A stretch of DNA of 64,000 nt, filler included, from Basidiobolus ranarum (GCA_040143965.1; 13 parts of 13 records of this genome joined end to end with filler, not necessarily neighbours in it), one strand, 5' to 3'. Shown: positions 40,830 to 54,085, counted from the first letter of the whole stretch. The notes: generated by a model from the sequence alone, not told the origin. Numbers and translations: made by a program.

Positions 40830-41894
40830 TTAATTAGACCCTGAGGCGGCACCACTTCGTTCGGAATCTGAACTCGCCACGTCATGAAAATTGGCCGCTG
40901 TAATCAAATCAGCTACATTAGGCATGATCCTAGAGGCAATAGCTACTAACAGAAGAGTTTGTGCTCTCTGTCGCTCCACTCGTTCGCGCTCTCTACGCTC
41001 TCTACGTCGTTCTTGTCGTTCTCTACGGCGCTCATTTTCAAATCGACTTTGCTCCAACCTATCTTCCCACCGCCTCCGCTCTTGAATCTCCCTCCGTAGT
41101 AAGTCCACGATCTCTGTGAGTAGAACACTGGGCGGGCTTTCATCCTCTTCCGAATCTCTTCTACGCTTGTTACTACTGGTAGCAGTGCCAAAGTTCGATG
41201 CTACGGGTTCTCGTGCTATCGGTTTGAAAATCGGAGTAGGCATATGGAGGTTGTTAGAGTGTTGCGAGGAGTGGCTAATGGAATGTGCCAGTGGTGGTGA
41301 ATAAACGGACATGCCAGGAGAATAACCAACAGGCGGAGGTAGATTGACATGCTGAGTGGCTGGCATAACAGGGCCGTGGTCGTTAATAACTTTGCTAGCT
41401 GGGGTAGGTGAAGGAGGGTATGACGCGTTGATCGATTCTTCTCTTGACTGTATAGGAGAATCAGGAAGGGAACTTTGTTTTGAAACAACGTCTTTTAGTA
41501 TATCATAAAAAGGAAAGTTGCGTGGCTCTATGTCTTTTTGTGTTTCAGCTCTCTAATAAAAGAACCAACCGTTATTATCAGTGATGGAAGCGAGGTTGTT
41601 GTTTATAGTCACAAACGGGCCAAGAGATATATAGAACAAAAATATATACAAGAATACATTGACTGACGAAGGGTAAAGCACACGTACTTTGAATTCGGAA
41701 AGTAAATTTTTCCATTTCTCTTTACACTGTTTGTCTGTTCTGTGATAACCGCCAGTCTTCATTTGATCCGAAATCTTTTTCCAAAGTGGTGCATTTCGCT
41801 TCATACTCGCGAACTCCGTCTCCATAACTCTTCTAAGCTCAATTAGCAGCTTGGTTTCCGCGGTCTCCCAAGATCTTCCAATTGTGGTCATCAT
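40830..41894 (-). CDS. Trihelix / Myb-SANT-like DNA-binding protein, 309 aa; join(41688..41894,40830..41552)
   Basis: WETAETKLLIELR...LWKKISDQMKTGGYHRTDKQCKEKWKNLLSEFK, intron GTACGT..TTATTAG (41553-41687), then FPFYDIL. Basic KRRR motif and an R/E-rich coiled coil at the C-terminus. Confidence 0.88.
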
Positions 41895-44800
41895 GAGGGA
41901 AAAGCTCTCGACCAAGTGAATAGTGTCCGTTAAAGTGAGGGGTTGAGTTAACTAATAGAGTTGTGGTAGGTAGACAGAAGTAAATGTAAGAGTGGCGGAA
42001 TAAATTTAGGGATATAGTAGAGTTGAATTGATTCTTGAAACGAATAGCTTCCAACCCAGTAAACCGGGCCTGATAGTTTTAAAACGGGGACTCTGAGGAA
42101 ATGTCGAGATGTCCCGTTTTTAAGTAAATCCAATCTGGCCGCTCTCCCCACTACAAAATTCCACGCCCGATCATTCTTCTGTCACTCCGAACCAACCATT
42201 CCTGATTCTGCAATATATTTTGGGTACATTTTGCTGTTTCAATGAAAATTTCTAGATTTGGACCATTTAATCGTAGATGGCTCTAAAATACAAGTTGGCC
42301 CAATACTGGCCACCTATTAGGTACATCTCGAAGAATACCTGCACGCCTTAGCTACCCACTTGCTAATTTCATTACCCAAGCACTGGTGGGTGGTGATTCG
42401 CCGAGCACAAATCAGGAAATTTCTATATATGCGGGCCAATCCGTTTACTATAGTGGATGCCTCAACACTGGAAGATGACGTCGGTTGTTTATATGGCTGA
42501 AGTGGATATGGCCCTATGGGAGCAGTGATACATCCGCTGGCAGAGGGTTGACGCTAAGAGTAGCTCTGTGGTGAAGGAAGAGACATGAAGGGCAGCGAAA
42601 GAGATATCTTCTGCGGATCAAGTGACCATCGACTTGTACAAAGATGGCAAGTGAATCAATGGGCTAGTAGTGACAGTTCTGCCTATTGGCCATGGCTGAG
42701 TCTCCAACAACCGCTCTAACCTAACCTATTCAGTTGCTTAAGGTTACTTGATCAGCAATGGATGCCCAATGGTATCGCAAGCGAATGCAAGAAGGGTCGT
42801 ACCCTGATGGAAATTAAGCAAACCTCCATCTTTCGCAGCGTCGCTGGCCAATGGCGCATCTACGAATATTTAACAAGAAATCCAGAATTGATCCCAAAAT
42901 TCCCTTTCATTGACTCAGCTCAATCACCATACTTGGAACTCCGTAACACGAATTAAGGTTTAATGATTTTTCTTGGCAGAGAATCTTAAATGTCGCCCTT
43001 CCGATACCACATATTTCGAACACTCTTGAATCTCTGGCCTCGTCTGAATACCATTGGCGATAGTATCTCTTGCAAAGATAGCGGGCTTGAAGTACATCTT
43101 GAAATGGGCTGAGGACTCGGCCAATCACCGGTGGTACGAGTACATTGGTGATCCAAACCTAAAACTCTGATTTGGTTTGGATCATATCACCAATTTATCG
43201 TACTCTACGGTCTTTCCCATGATTTCCTCGATGAATATAGCCCTTTTGTCATTGAGCCACTATAATTGGAAAGATCAAGGAAGAAAGAAGTCGAAGATTT
43301 TCCGACCATTTCCCATATCTGAATACCCTCTGCTCTAGCCAGAAGATGTTGATGTTAAAGGCTAAATTATACTTCCTCGAGAACAATCTTACCAATTGCC
43401 TTCTCTCCCTCAGAACAGACCAGACTCGATATCCATTTGTTTAGAATTTAGGTGTCTGATTTACCGTCCAATTACAGAGACAAGCCTCTCAGGACCTTGC
43501 AATAGGTTGGAGATGACAAAGTTATACAACAACAAGCAAAGACTTACCCAAACTAATATTTAAAAATAGAATTGATATGACATCCCGCTAATTTGACATG
43601 ATTCAAAGTCAATCCAGTAGAATGGATATGATCAGTCTTTTTTTGATGTCGGAATCAAGCTGTACACCATTAAGTGAAGATGATTTGACCGAGGTGGACG
43701 CAAGCGTATGCTTTTGCCATATCTAACAAATAACGCTTCCTCCATCCAGTTCGTCCGAAATTATCCAACCGTCTCAAAAGAGCCTCAATTAGTTACGAAG
43801 ATGGCAAATGAAAGTGCGTGGTGAAATGACATAAGAATGGATCGGTGCAATCGAGCACTCGATATGTATACCAATGATTAATCATCTCACCAATCCCATA
43901 GGTAGTGGACATGTTGCCGGCGGTCTTGCTACGTTGACTTTCGGAATTCAATGGGGGAAGTGTAAATTAGGGGACATTGAGTATTACCTACATCAGCGAA
44001 TGCTGTTCATGCTACTGAGCTTGTTCCACCTTAGGGTTCGGAGATCAGCCTCTAGGATTGCACCGGCTCTCTATCTCCTAAGCTAAAGAGCGAACTATTC
44101 TGTCAATGAAATGGCTATTTAGTTAGTGCACTTGCTTCATTTTGTGGTGCCACCAAGTGCTGTATATTTGATATTGGATGAAGCAAGTTGTTGCAGAACC
44201 TTTCCCGATTATCCTATATTGGTATGTTCTCTTGTAGAAAAACAATGCAAGATCCAAATAGAGAACGAGTTGATGCAGTTTCGTACTCGATATCAGATAG
44301 AGTAATCTAACTAATCTAGCATCGCTGCTTCACCCATAGCTTGAGTCAAGGTATAGACGATACAGTCGCGTGCCAAGGATTATCATCTACGGTAGGTGTT
44401 TTTTAATTTTATTTAATTTTATGTTATGCTTCTTCNNNNNNNNNNNNNNNNNNNNNNNNNNNNNNNNNNNNNNNNNNNNTTAATTAATTAANNNNNNNNN
44501 NNNNNNNNNNNNNNNNNNNNNNNNNNNNNNNNNNNTAGGAGATGGATATATTAAATATCATACACCAAGTGTAGTTGGGAAATCCGTTATAAAATTGGCA
44601 AACGATGGCCAGAAAACAGTCCAAGAGATCTACAATGCTATGTGTCAACCATCGTCAGCCTTGTGAATATCTGAATGGGTACTGAATGTAGTGAAAACAA
44701 GTAAAACTTTATTCTTCTTATAGAGTGACAGCCAAAAGAGGTTAGAGAATATTAATTTCTCATGCATACGATAGTTTGTAAAATCTCATCAAATGACCAT

Positions 44801-46620
44801 GAACTTCGAGCTACAATTGTGTACCAGTTCAACCATCAATGGCTCTTTCCCACGGATTAGTCCAGTTGGTAAAACTGTTCAGTCAACAAAATTAATTTTA
44901 ATTTGTACTATATATTTTCTGCATAAGCAAATAGTTTTTTGTGCGATTATTACTTTTAATGATTCTATCACATTACCAGAAGTAGTTGGTACTCAGTTGC
45001 ACACAAATGGCATGCTGTAATAGTATCTCTGAAAATGAGGATTCTGCTAGTGAAAAATTGTTAAATGTTGCAAATAGTTCGAATTCTCAAAATTCAAACT
45101 AATAGCTCAATTTGGTAAATGCAATTCCACCGAAAAAAAAGATAGTGAATATTCCTCACGATGGATAGAATTTGATGTAGAGGATTCATTGGATGTGAAC
45201 AATAATACTCAATCCTTTTACTCGTCATTTCTTATCCAGAGTGTATATATGTCGAGGATGTAGACTCTTCAGGACTATCTGTTTTATGACATTACCTGTG
45301 TAATGATAAGGAGAGCTACCCAAAACGCTTTGCTAGTGTACTAATGGTTGAAAGTTGGCAAATAATGAAAGGGTGAAGAGAAGGGGAGAACTTATACATC
45401 TCATATAAGTATGCTTCTCTATATTTTTAGTCTATTGCTGCTTTGAATATTGTGCACATAAAAGAATGAGGCCATGTTATCATGACTTGCTCACCACACC
45501 ATCATCATTCACAAGTAAATATAAGGTGGTCATCACTTGGTTAATCCAATGTTGTTGATGTAAAGCATACATGTAACCCAAATCATCGAAATTTAATTAC
45601 TGACACGTAGGGAAAGGTTAAAAACTACGCACGGAATAACTACATTTCTATCAATCTTCTTGCTGATTAGTTGAAACAAGAGGACAAGTTAAAATACCCT
45701 TTTGTATATCTTACTAATCGCTATGCATGTCTATGCAGTTTAGACTGACGATACTTAAATACTGTATTTGTTCTTGCATTCATTGCTTGTTTATTTCAAT
45801 ATTATTGATAGAGTTGGGTGCGATAATAGCAATGCTACCAAAGGTTTGAAATATTTTTCCGCTAACGAGTAGACCATATTTGATAGGAAAATAAAGTTTG
45901 TTGCTAACACAAAGAAGGAAAACATTTACTTTATTGGGTTCACTTGCCTACTAGATAATGTTTTATTTGATTTACACTTGGCTTAACTACTGATATGAAA
46001 GCCTGTTATACAGTAGAATGATAACGAAATCGATCTTTATGTACAAGCAGAGATCTCAGGTATTTGTAAGCAAAGGAGTAAGGAAGAACAAGGCCTGAGA
46101 CATCGTTTCCGACTTGTTTTCCCTCAATAAGTTATTTAAGATTATGGAACCATCCAGACTTAATTTTAGGATCCTTACCAACAGTTTGTTTAATAATAGA
46201 ACTAGTGAATTATTATATGATAAGCCTAGTTACATATCATAACTCTCAATATATGACCAGTGGGTAAGCAAAATCAAACATATGAGAATGATAGTATTGA
46301 TAAGAAAATATAAAGAAGTGAATATGAAAATTGTAACTCCTACGATATTTGACTCTGGCTTAGGTAAGTGGGATTGATGGTTCAAAACCCGTTCAAGCAG
46401 CTACAAACAATAGTGCAGAAGCAGCTATATAATTCAGGCTAAGTATATCCCATGCTAGCCGAGTTAAGGTAGTATTGTGTTTCCCAAAACTGGTTAAAAA
46501 AGATTAGACAACATTAATTTCTCGTGCATAGATTAATTTATCAAAACAAAAACTCATTAAATGACCATGATAGGTTGCATTCATATTATTAGCAATTATA
46601 TTTGTAAAAGTTAGAACTTA

Positions 46621-47517
46621 TTAGCAAAAGTTTATATTACTACAAAACGTACAGGAGATATTAGTTTTGCCATCATTTTGAACTGAATATTGGCTTGCAT
46701 ACAGAGTATCCAAAGATTCATCAAAAGTTCCTATTTTCGAGAGTAGTGGAGTATTTACAAGTGATGAAGCATACGGGTAATTGTCAGGGTAAAGGATAGG
46801 ATCGTAATTAGAGGTCAAGCTCAGTGAAATATCAAGAAAGGGTGGGACGTCTGTAGATAACAGTAGAGAGCTATCTGAAAGCCCAATTTCTTGAAAATTT
46901 GGGGCAATAGGAGTTTGTAATGACAGTAAACTTTCATTTACTGGGGTATCCAATATTGCTAATCCGTTTACTAGAGATGTGCAATACTTAATCAGTTTAC
47001 TCATTAATTCTATCTCTTGTCTAAGTAAACTGCAATTCAAGCAATGCTCCACTGATGCTTCAGTTAATATCAGTCCAGCTCCATCTCGAGATATTGGTTG
47101 AGCATAGATAGTTGGACATAAAGATATTGCTGATGAGAGTGATGATGTAGGTGAAGCAGGAAGTGAGGTCGGCTCAGCGATTGTACTTGCCCCTACCTCT
47201 GGCCTCAGAGATGCTACCTTGGTTCGGGAATATGGATTCTTCACACGTTGAACAAGGTAATGCTCATTTGGCTGATCTCGTCTGAAATAACGATGCAGGT
47301 AGATTGTCATCAATGAATGACTACATTTTTTAGTTCTCCGATCGGAAACTCGGTAAAAGCCATATATCTATTCAAAGGACTAACAGTAGTTCATGAGAGA
47401 TAAGATGAAGGTTTATGCTACTACACCGCACATTTAGTTGACGTGTGAATGACGTAAGTTTATTAGTGTCATGGTACTGTGGAAGAACCTCAGAGGCAAG
47501 TTTAACTGGGTCTTTGA
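46621..47517 (-). pseudogene. 3' part of a heat-shock-factor (HSF) DNA-binding-domain gene
   Basis: KDPVKLASEVLPQYHDTNKLTSFTRQLN, intron 47368-47431, then IYGFYRVSDRR...HRYFRRDQPNEHYLVQRVK, open to a stop at 46621. An in-frame TGA lies just upstream and there is no start codon. Confidence 0.85.
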
Positions 47518-48700
47518 AGCGTACTCATGTGAGACGTATAAATTCTTCCCTTCTCTTCACCCTTTCAACACGCATTCTTTACCAACTCTCGATCATCAGT
47601 ACACTAGCAAAGCGTTTTTGGTAGCTTCCCCTATCATTACATAGGTAACATCATAAAACGAATAGTCCTGAAGAGTCTACATCCTCGACATATATACACT
47701 CTGGATAAGAAATGACGAGTAAAAGGATTGAATATTATTGTTCACATCTAATGAATTCTCTACATCAAATTCTATCCATTGTAAGGAACATTCACTATCC
47801 TTTTTTCGGTGGAATTGCATTTACCAAATTGAGCTATTAGTTTGAGTTTTGCGAATTCAAACTATTTACAACATTTGACAATAGCTGATTTACTGGTATT
47901 TTCAATTTCTCGCTAGTAGAATTCTCATTTTCACCTAGCAACACATAACCAATATTCTTGTTTGATATTTCACCTAGTTTGGATATTATTCTCGATCTCT
48001 CTTGACCCTATTAGTTGCTGTTCTACTTGTACAGGCTGAACAACTCATTAGAAAGAGCAGAAAATCAATAGAGTGCTCTGGACTGCCTTGGAATATGTAT
48101 CTTCTTAATGCCGATCTACACAAGTGCCATCTTTAACTTACTATATTTACGGGAAAAGTTAGTCAATGTTGTATTCGTATGCTTCTATGTAGAAACTTTC
48201 AATATTTTGTGAAACCACAGAAGCACTTTGACAAACAAGGATTCTCTCAAATGTTAAGTTTGTGGTTAAGAGATAAGTTACAGCATACCATTTATGTGCA
48301 ACTGAGTACCCACTACTTCTGGTAATGTGATAGAATCATTAAAAGTAATAATCGCACAAAAAACTATTTGCTTATGCAGAAAATATATAGTACAAATTGT
48401 AATTAATTTTTTTGACTGAACAGTTTTATCAACTGGACTAATCCGTGGGAAAGAGCCAATGATGGTTGAACTGGTACACAATTGTAGCTCGAAGTTATGG
48501 TTGATTATATCACCAACAAGTCTGGGTCGCTCCATCAAAGCCCCTTCTTTTTAGCACCTAAAATGAAAATACCTGCAAAATGATTCCGCTTTTCAATATG
48601 GGAGAGCCCATCGGTGAACTTCAAAACATTCAAACAGATGACTTGGTGAACTTCAACGAATACTAGTTCAGCAAACAGGAAGGGGCGAAGTAATATCGGA

Positions 48701-48916
48701 ATGAAAGGTACTCGCTTTTGTACCCGTACGACTGCCTTTGTGCGGAACCTTTCCAAGTAAACTGTATTGTGAACTTATTCTTATGTATCATGCTAAAGAA
48801 GATTTTTACCCTATTTAGAATACTCTCCAAATCAAAATTCTCTGCTATTTATCATCAAAGACCCAGTTAAATTTGCCTCTGAGGTTCTTCCACAGTACTA
48901 TGATACTAACAAACTT
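48701..48916 (+). pseudogene. 5' part of the same HSF-domain gene type, on the opposite strand
   Basis: MKGTRFCTRTTAFVRNLSK, intron 48757-48818, ILSKSKFSA, frameshift, FIIKDPVKFASEVLPQYYDTNKL. Confidence 0.72.
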
Positions 48917-49471
48917 TTTTCAATAATGATGGCAAAACTAATATTTCCTGTATGTTTGATGATTTTATAAACAATTACTAATAGCATGAGCATGAGCACA
49001 ATCTATCGTGGTCATTTGTTGAGATTTTATAAATTATTGTATGCACAAGAAATTAATATTCTCTAACCTCTTTTGACTTTTACACTATGAGAAGAAAAAG
49101 TTTTACTTGTTTTCACTACATTGATTTTTTCTGCTTTCACTACATTCAGTACCCATTCAGATAATCACAAGGCTAACGATGGTTTACACATGGCATTGTG
49201 GTACTCTTGGACTGTTTTCTGGCCATCGTTTGCCAACCTTATAATGGATTTCCAAACTACACTTGGTGCATGATATTTAATAGATTCCATCTCCTACAGC
49301 CCATGTTTACAAAATGATGAGCCGCTTTTTCCTTAATCCGAGCGCTGAATACGAGCCTTACCATACTGTGNNNNNNNNNNNNNNNNNNNNNNNNNNNNNN
49401 NNNNNNNNNNNNNNTTAATTAATTAANNNNNNNNNNNNNNNNNNNNNNNNNNNNNNNNNNNNNNNNNNNNT

Positions 49472-49939
49472 TCTCCTGCCCCACAATCTATGCATGGTTT
49501 GTCCCCTTACCCACAAGGACCCGTCTCTGCTCGTGCACATTCGCAATCAGTGGATCGCACTTCAAGAGCTCATTCAGTCGCTAGATCGGATTATAGAGAC
49601 TATTCCCGTAGTCGTAGTAACCATGCATTAGATGTTCCTGGTTATCATCACCGTGCCAGTAATGCTTCTAGCATTGCCCCTTCCATGATGGATGCTCATA
49701 TGGGTCCTGGCTATCATCCAATGCAACCTCTAGGTGGTCGACCTGGTAGTGTTGTAGGAATGGTATCAGATCACGAGATTATGGAAGAGGTTCGACACAT
49801 TCTTTCTTCGGCCAATCTCATGTCCATCACCAAGAAACAAGTTCGTGATGAACTGTCTCGCCATTTCGGAATGGACATGACCCCCAAGAAGGAGTACATC
49901 AACAATTGCATTGATATGATACTTCAAGGACATATGTAG
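49472..49939 (+). CDS. C-terminus of a class V/VII-type chitin synthase (DEK_C domain), 5' truncated
   Basis: SDHEIMEEVRHILSSANLMSITKKQVRDELSRHFGMDMTPKKEYINNCIDMILQG after a Ser/Arg-rich linker is typical of fungal DEK_C-bearing chitin synthases. Confidence 0.82.
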   Translation, partial: SPAPQSMHGLSPYPQGPVSARAHSQSVDRTSRAHSVARSDYRDYSRSRSNHALDVPGYHHRASNASSIAPSMMDAHMGPGYHPMQPLGGRPGSVVGMVSDHEIMEEVRHILSSANLMSITKKQVRDELSRHFGMDMTPKKEYINNCIDMILQGHM

Positions 49940-50434
49940 AAGTCAATGCCAAATGCAAAATCCCAACCTCATTTCTCATAATTCATCAGTTGTTGTATAC
50001 ACATACCTACCTACCTACCTTTATCAATGCGAATATTCCCTCTTTATATCCCCAACATTTCTTATTATCGACGAGACATAATCTTTTTGACTGAACCATT
50101 GTATGAATATGTAATTACATTTGCCAACATTCTCTTTACCTTTCCGAATACATTTCACGCTTCTATAATAAAATAGTATTGCATCTTTGGTTGAATATCT
50201 TACGCTTTTCCCTGCTCTCCTCCCTGCTCTCCCTGCTTCTCCATTTAATTGCGATGAATACTCCCTCATCGAATTACAGTCATGCGAGCACTCCAAATAA
50301 TGTGATCACCGGTGCGTAACTTATGAAGTCATTAATGGCGTGGAGAACAGATAGGGAGAGGTTATGTTTGAATGAATCAAAGCAGGTTTATTTGGGTTTA
50401 AATTACAAATTTTAGCATATATATTACAATAGGA

Positions 50435-52921
50435 TCAATTACGATGCCTGACAGGAGGAGGCATTGCTAGGGGCATTACCAAATCCATCTTCACTTCATT
50501 TTGAATGACCAGTGCAGGCAGGGTACTTTCTATTTCCTTGATTTCACACCCGGCTGCTTGTAATTCCTGCTTAATGCTTTCCAAATCCTTTTGATCAGAG
50601 GATATGGTGGATTTGGTATCTTCGGATTCTGGCTCTTCAAATGTTTCACTGGTAACCTGGATACCCATCTTTTTCATTAACCGTGGCATCTTTACTCGAT
50701 ATTGTAGATGTCCACTAATCGTATCAGTGAGGTCGATATTCTCAACATTGGGGACATTGGCAACCGGTCTTAAACCAGCGATGGGACGACCGGCGGCACT
50801 GGCACGATATAAGAACCCTGAAAAGGGAAATCACAAGGGAAATCATATTAATCCCATGAATGATGTACGATACACAAATTAATAAAGAGCCTTACCTAGT
50901 ACCCAATCACTTTGCACGTAACCATTTACAAATCTACCCGACACCACACTGGCACTTTGCTTCCATTGCTTTGTGCTAGCTGTGACGGGGGTTCCGAAAA
51001 GATACACATTTTCCACTATTCCATATGCATTGACCCTAGCCAATTCGAGTAAACAGTAGAAGATTACTCTCGCTCCAAGTGAGAATCCCACTAGACTTAC
51101 TGGCCTGTGTCCTTGTACATGATTAAGTAAAGTATCAGCCAAAACCTAGTCCCGAGAAATGGTTAAAAACTGTAGTGAAATTGAGTTGAATCTGAATATC
51201 ATACCAATCCTGCTTTCCGTGCTTTATCCAACCCAATAGACCAAGGGTTATCAATCAAATACCCAATCTTAGTAAGAGCTAATGGCCATGCTAAAGCGGC
51301 CAATAAAGCATGTAGCATGGTGTGTTGTAAGATTTGTTGGGTAGCAAAGCTGACCACCTGAAAGAAAACTCTATTTAATCTTCCAATTCTTCAAGAAAAT
51401 AGGAAATAAACGTCCGGGCATTACCTCACCAGCGATCATCTTCAATGCATTTCCCAACGTTCTTAAAACTTCAGTTTCCCAAGACAGACTGAAGTGATCT
51501 CCATTGTTAGGGTCAACCGTTGAGAACGGCAGTGTAGCATCCTCCTCAGTAGCCAGCCATCCACCGATAGTGATGAGCACATTTGCACGTTTAAAATCAT
51601 GCTGAGGTATGAATTCGAAGATGCTTATCCCTTTGGTTCTTTTCGCCATCTTGGATCCTAAGAATTCCTATTTAACACACCAACCAATGCTACGCTGATC
51701 AAACTAATACATACCAGCCATCCCTACAGAGCGAACTCATTAGTTTACATAGAGAAAATTCTATAATAATGTAACCATACCAGCTCCTGTCACTGCTCCA
51801 CCAGTAGTAATGAGTGCTATACCACCCGTACTTCCCAAGAATGCTGTTGTTCCGCCGACTCCCAACCCAGTAAAGGCTGCACCGATCCCTGCGCCGATTA
51901 AGGGAGCCAGTAGACCAGCAGAAAGTCCAAGTGCCAAACTACCACCTAACATAGTTCAGTTAGTTTTAGAATTGAAGAAAGTACCCTATCCATTAACGCT
52001 ACCTGTCACGGCTAGTCCCATTAAAATCAATCTTTTTGTTTTATTTCGTTTGTTACGACCATGAGATTCTTGATCGTGTTTCAACGTTTCAGCCACATCG
52101 TATAATTGTAATTGTTGTGCGACATTCCTCTCTAAATCCACTACTTCTGACCACGTTAAGCCCAGTAACTCTGACACTCGTTTAAGTAAGACACGTGCTC
52201 TAGGATCATATATATTGTCCGAAATACATAATAGAAACAAATCACAGATAATGGTCCATCGAATATCAATGGTGATTGTCTGTTGAATTTCCGCAAAATT
52301 CTTGGAATTGGGTGTAGTGGCTAGAGCCTCTACGGTTAGATTCTTTCCTCGTTCCACCAAGGATTTACACATATCTTCAGCCACCAGACCATGCTCCTTC
52401 AACTGAAGTATCATCTCTTTTTCTTGATACAAAAAAAGTGGAGTATTAAATGGGGGAGGGAACTTTAGTCAATATCTAAGAGAAACTTCACTCCTACCTT
52501 TAGGGTCTATCTCCATATGATGAAATAACTTTTGTAGTAATCTTTTGGAAAAATTCTTATAACTACCTCTAGCTGCACTTAATTCTTCATCTTCGGTGAG
52601 AGTGCACTCAAGTTCATTGAGTACCAACGTACACAAACCCACATAGCCGAACTTATGTTGGTCGTTAAATATATCTTTGGTGGTGTAAATACTTTGAATC
52701 TTCCCCGGAGTCTGAATGTTTGAGGGGGTATACGGTGGTGAAGCGTCTTCCACCTCATTTACTGAACTTGGAGAATATGCTTGCAGAATAGTATCGGTGA
52801 AAAATCCCTCTTGATTGTTCAGGTCGATAGGAAGTTTTTCAGAAGTGTATTGATCTTTCTCTGACCAAACAGGTAACTGGTCAGAAAGGTGATTCAATTC
52901 CTCTTCAGACATGAACTCCAT
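50435..52921 (-). CDS. DUF726 / Mil1-TMCO4-like membrane alpha/beta hydrolase, 678 aa; exons 52498-52921, 52003-52422, 51781-51945, 51715-51723, 51425-51657, 51205-51357, 50896-51145, 50435-50817
   Basis: YDPRARVLL, Gly-rich GLSAGLLAP, IDNPWS, RPVSLVGFSLGARVI (GxSxG), DWVLG and GHLQY. Seven GT-AG introns give a continuous 2037-nt frame. Confidence 0.9.
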
Positions 52922-53799
52922 TATGGGAACCTTTACGGATTGTCGAATTAAAAAGTAAAAGAAAAACTCCACTTAAGATGCGATATCAGGTACACCATTA
53001 AGGTGGTTTGGCTATTTATCAGTGACTTCAATCACCCAATGATGTACTTGAGGTATAATTTTAACATCTCTCATTCATTTTAACATCTCTCATTCCGTTC
53101 ATTTGATTTGCTAATTATCCTCGTCAAACATAGAAAGAAAATCCATCAGGTGATTGAAGTCTCACCACCAGTACTATACTTGCTTCCATTTATGCCAAGT
53201 CAATCAAATGGAAAATTCAATAAAATACCATATGCCAAGAAATATTCATTTATCAACATTCAATTTATGTTCTGTCGTGTTCCGTTCTTTTGCTCACTCT
53301 CTTGACCATATTTGGATTGGTCGGAAATCGATTCACTAGGTTAAAATCATTACTATATATATATTAGGTATGTAGTATAACGAATCTACTTAGTTTGTAC
53401 TCACTGATTACCCTAATTATTAATGTGTGTTGGGTAAATTCTTATCTATAATTCACTTCATTGTATCACTATCATTAAGCAGTCAGCAATCGAAGGACTA
53501 GTGGGGTGATTAGGGTTGGGGAGACTTGCATAGATTGCTAGTTATAGTTCTGCGAATTAGATAAACTTCATTTACCTAGAGTATGCCCTTAAACAACCTA
53601 TAGTGGGTTTTGTGGGTTTTTATACACTTGTGATATCCTTTGAGTTGATGATTTAATATAAAAATTGGATGAGAATTATATATATTCTCTTTTTTGAACA
53701 TAGTTTGCATTTCTTCATACTGCACTGATTTTCCATATATCATGTTAATTTGTAGCCTACTTATTTCTCTTTGTTCCTGATTTATATAGTCATTTTTGT

Positions 53800-54085
53800 T
53801 GAAGTACATGGGGAGTTTACTGGAAGTGGTTTGGAGAACTAGAAGAATTCATGGTTGCACTTATTGACTTGTGGAGTAGAAAGTTGAGATTTATGGTCTA
53901 TCAAGAGGTAAGTAAACAAAGGGGTAAGATGTGCTAAGGAAGGTCCCAAGAGCCTATATACAAAGTTTGGGGCTTTTAGCGTTAAAGTATTTGGGAGCCT
54001 ATTGGACATGGTTTGGAGAATTAGAGAAAATGGTGGTTTTTACTTATTGATTCAGTTAGTTAAAAGTTGACACTTAGAGTTGTTG
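53800..54085 (-). mobile_element. Two partial family A LTR copies
   Basis: GGAAGTGGTTTGGAGAACTAGAAG...AAGTTGA blocks repeat at ~53820 and ~54005. Confidence 0.65.

Larger units (their letters stand above)
44536..49296. repeat. Contig-spanning interrupted inverted repeat (fold-back)
   Basis: 44536-44802 pairs with ~49006-49296, 44802-45030 with ~48269-48496, and 45030-45417 with 47516-47933. The ORF track shows the same peptide (FELQLCTSST...) on both strands. Confidence 0.92.

Noticed and set aside
44793-45020. Duplicated short ORFs (44793-45020 + and 48278-48538 -)
   Set aside because: By-products of the inverted repeat, with no recognisable protein motif.
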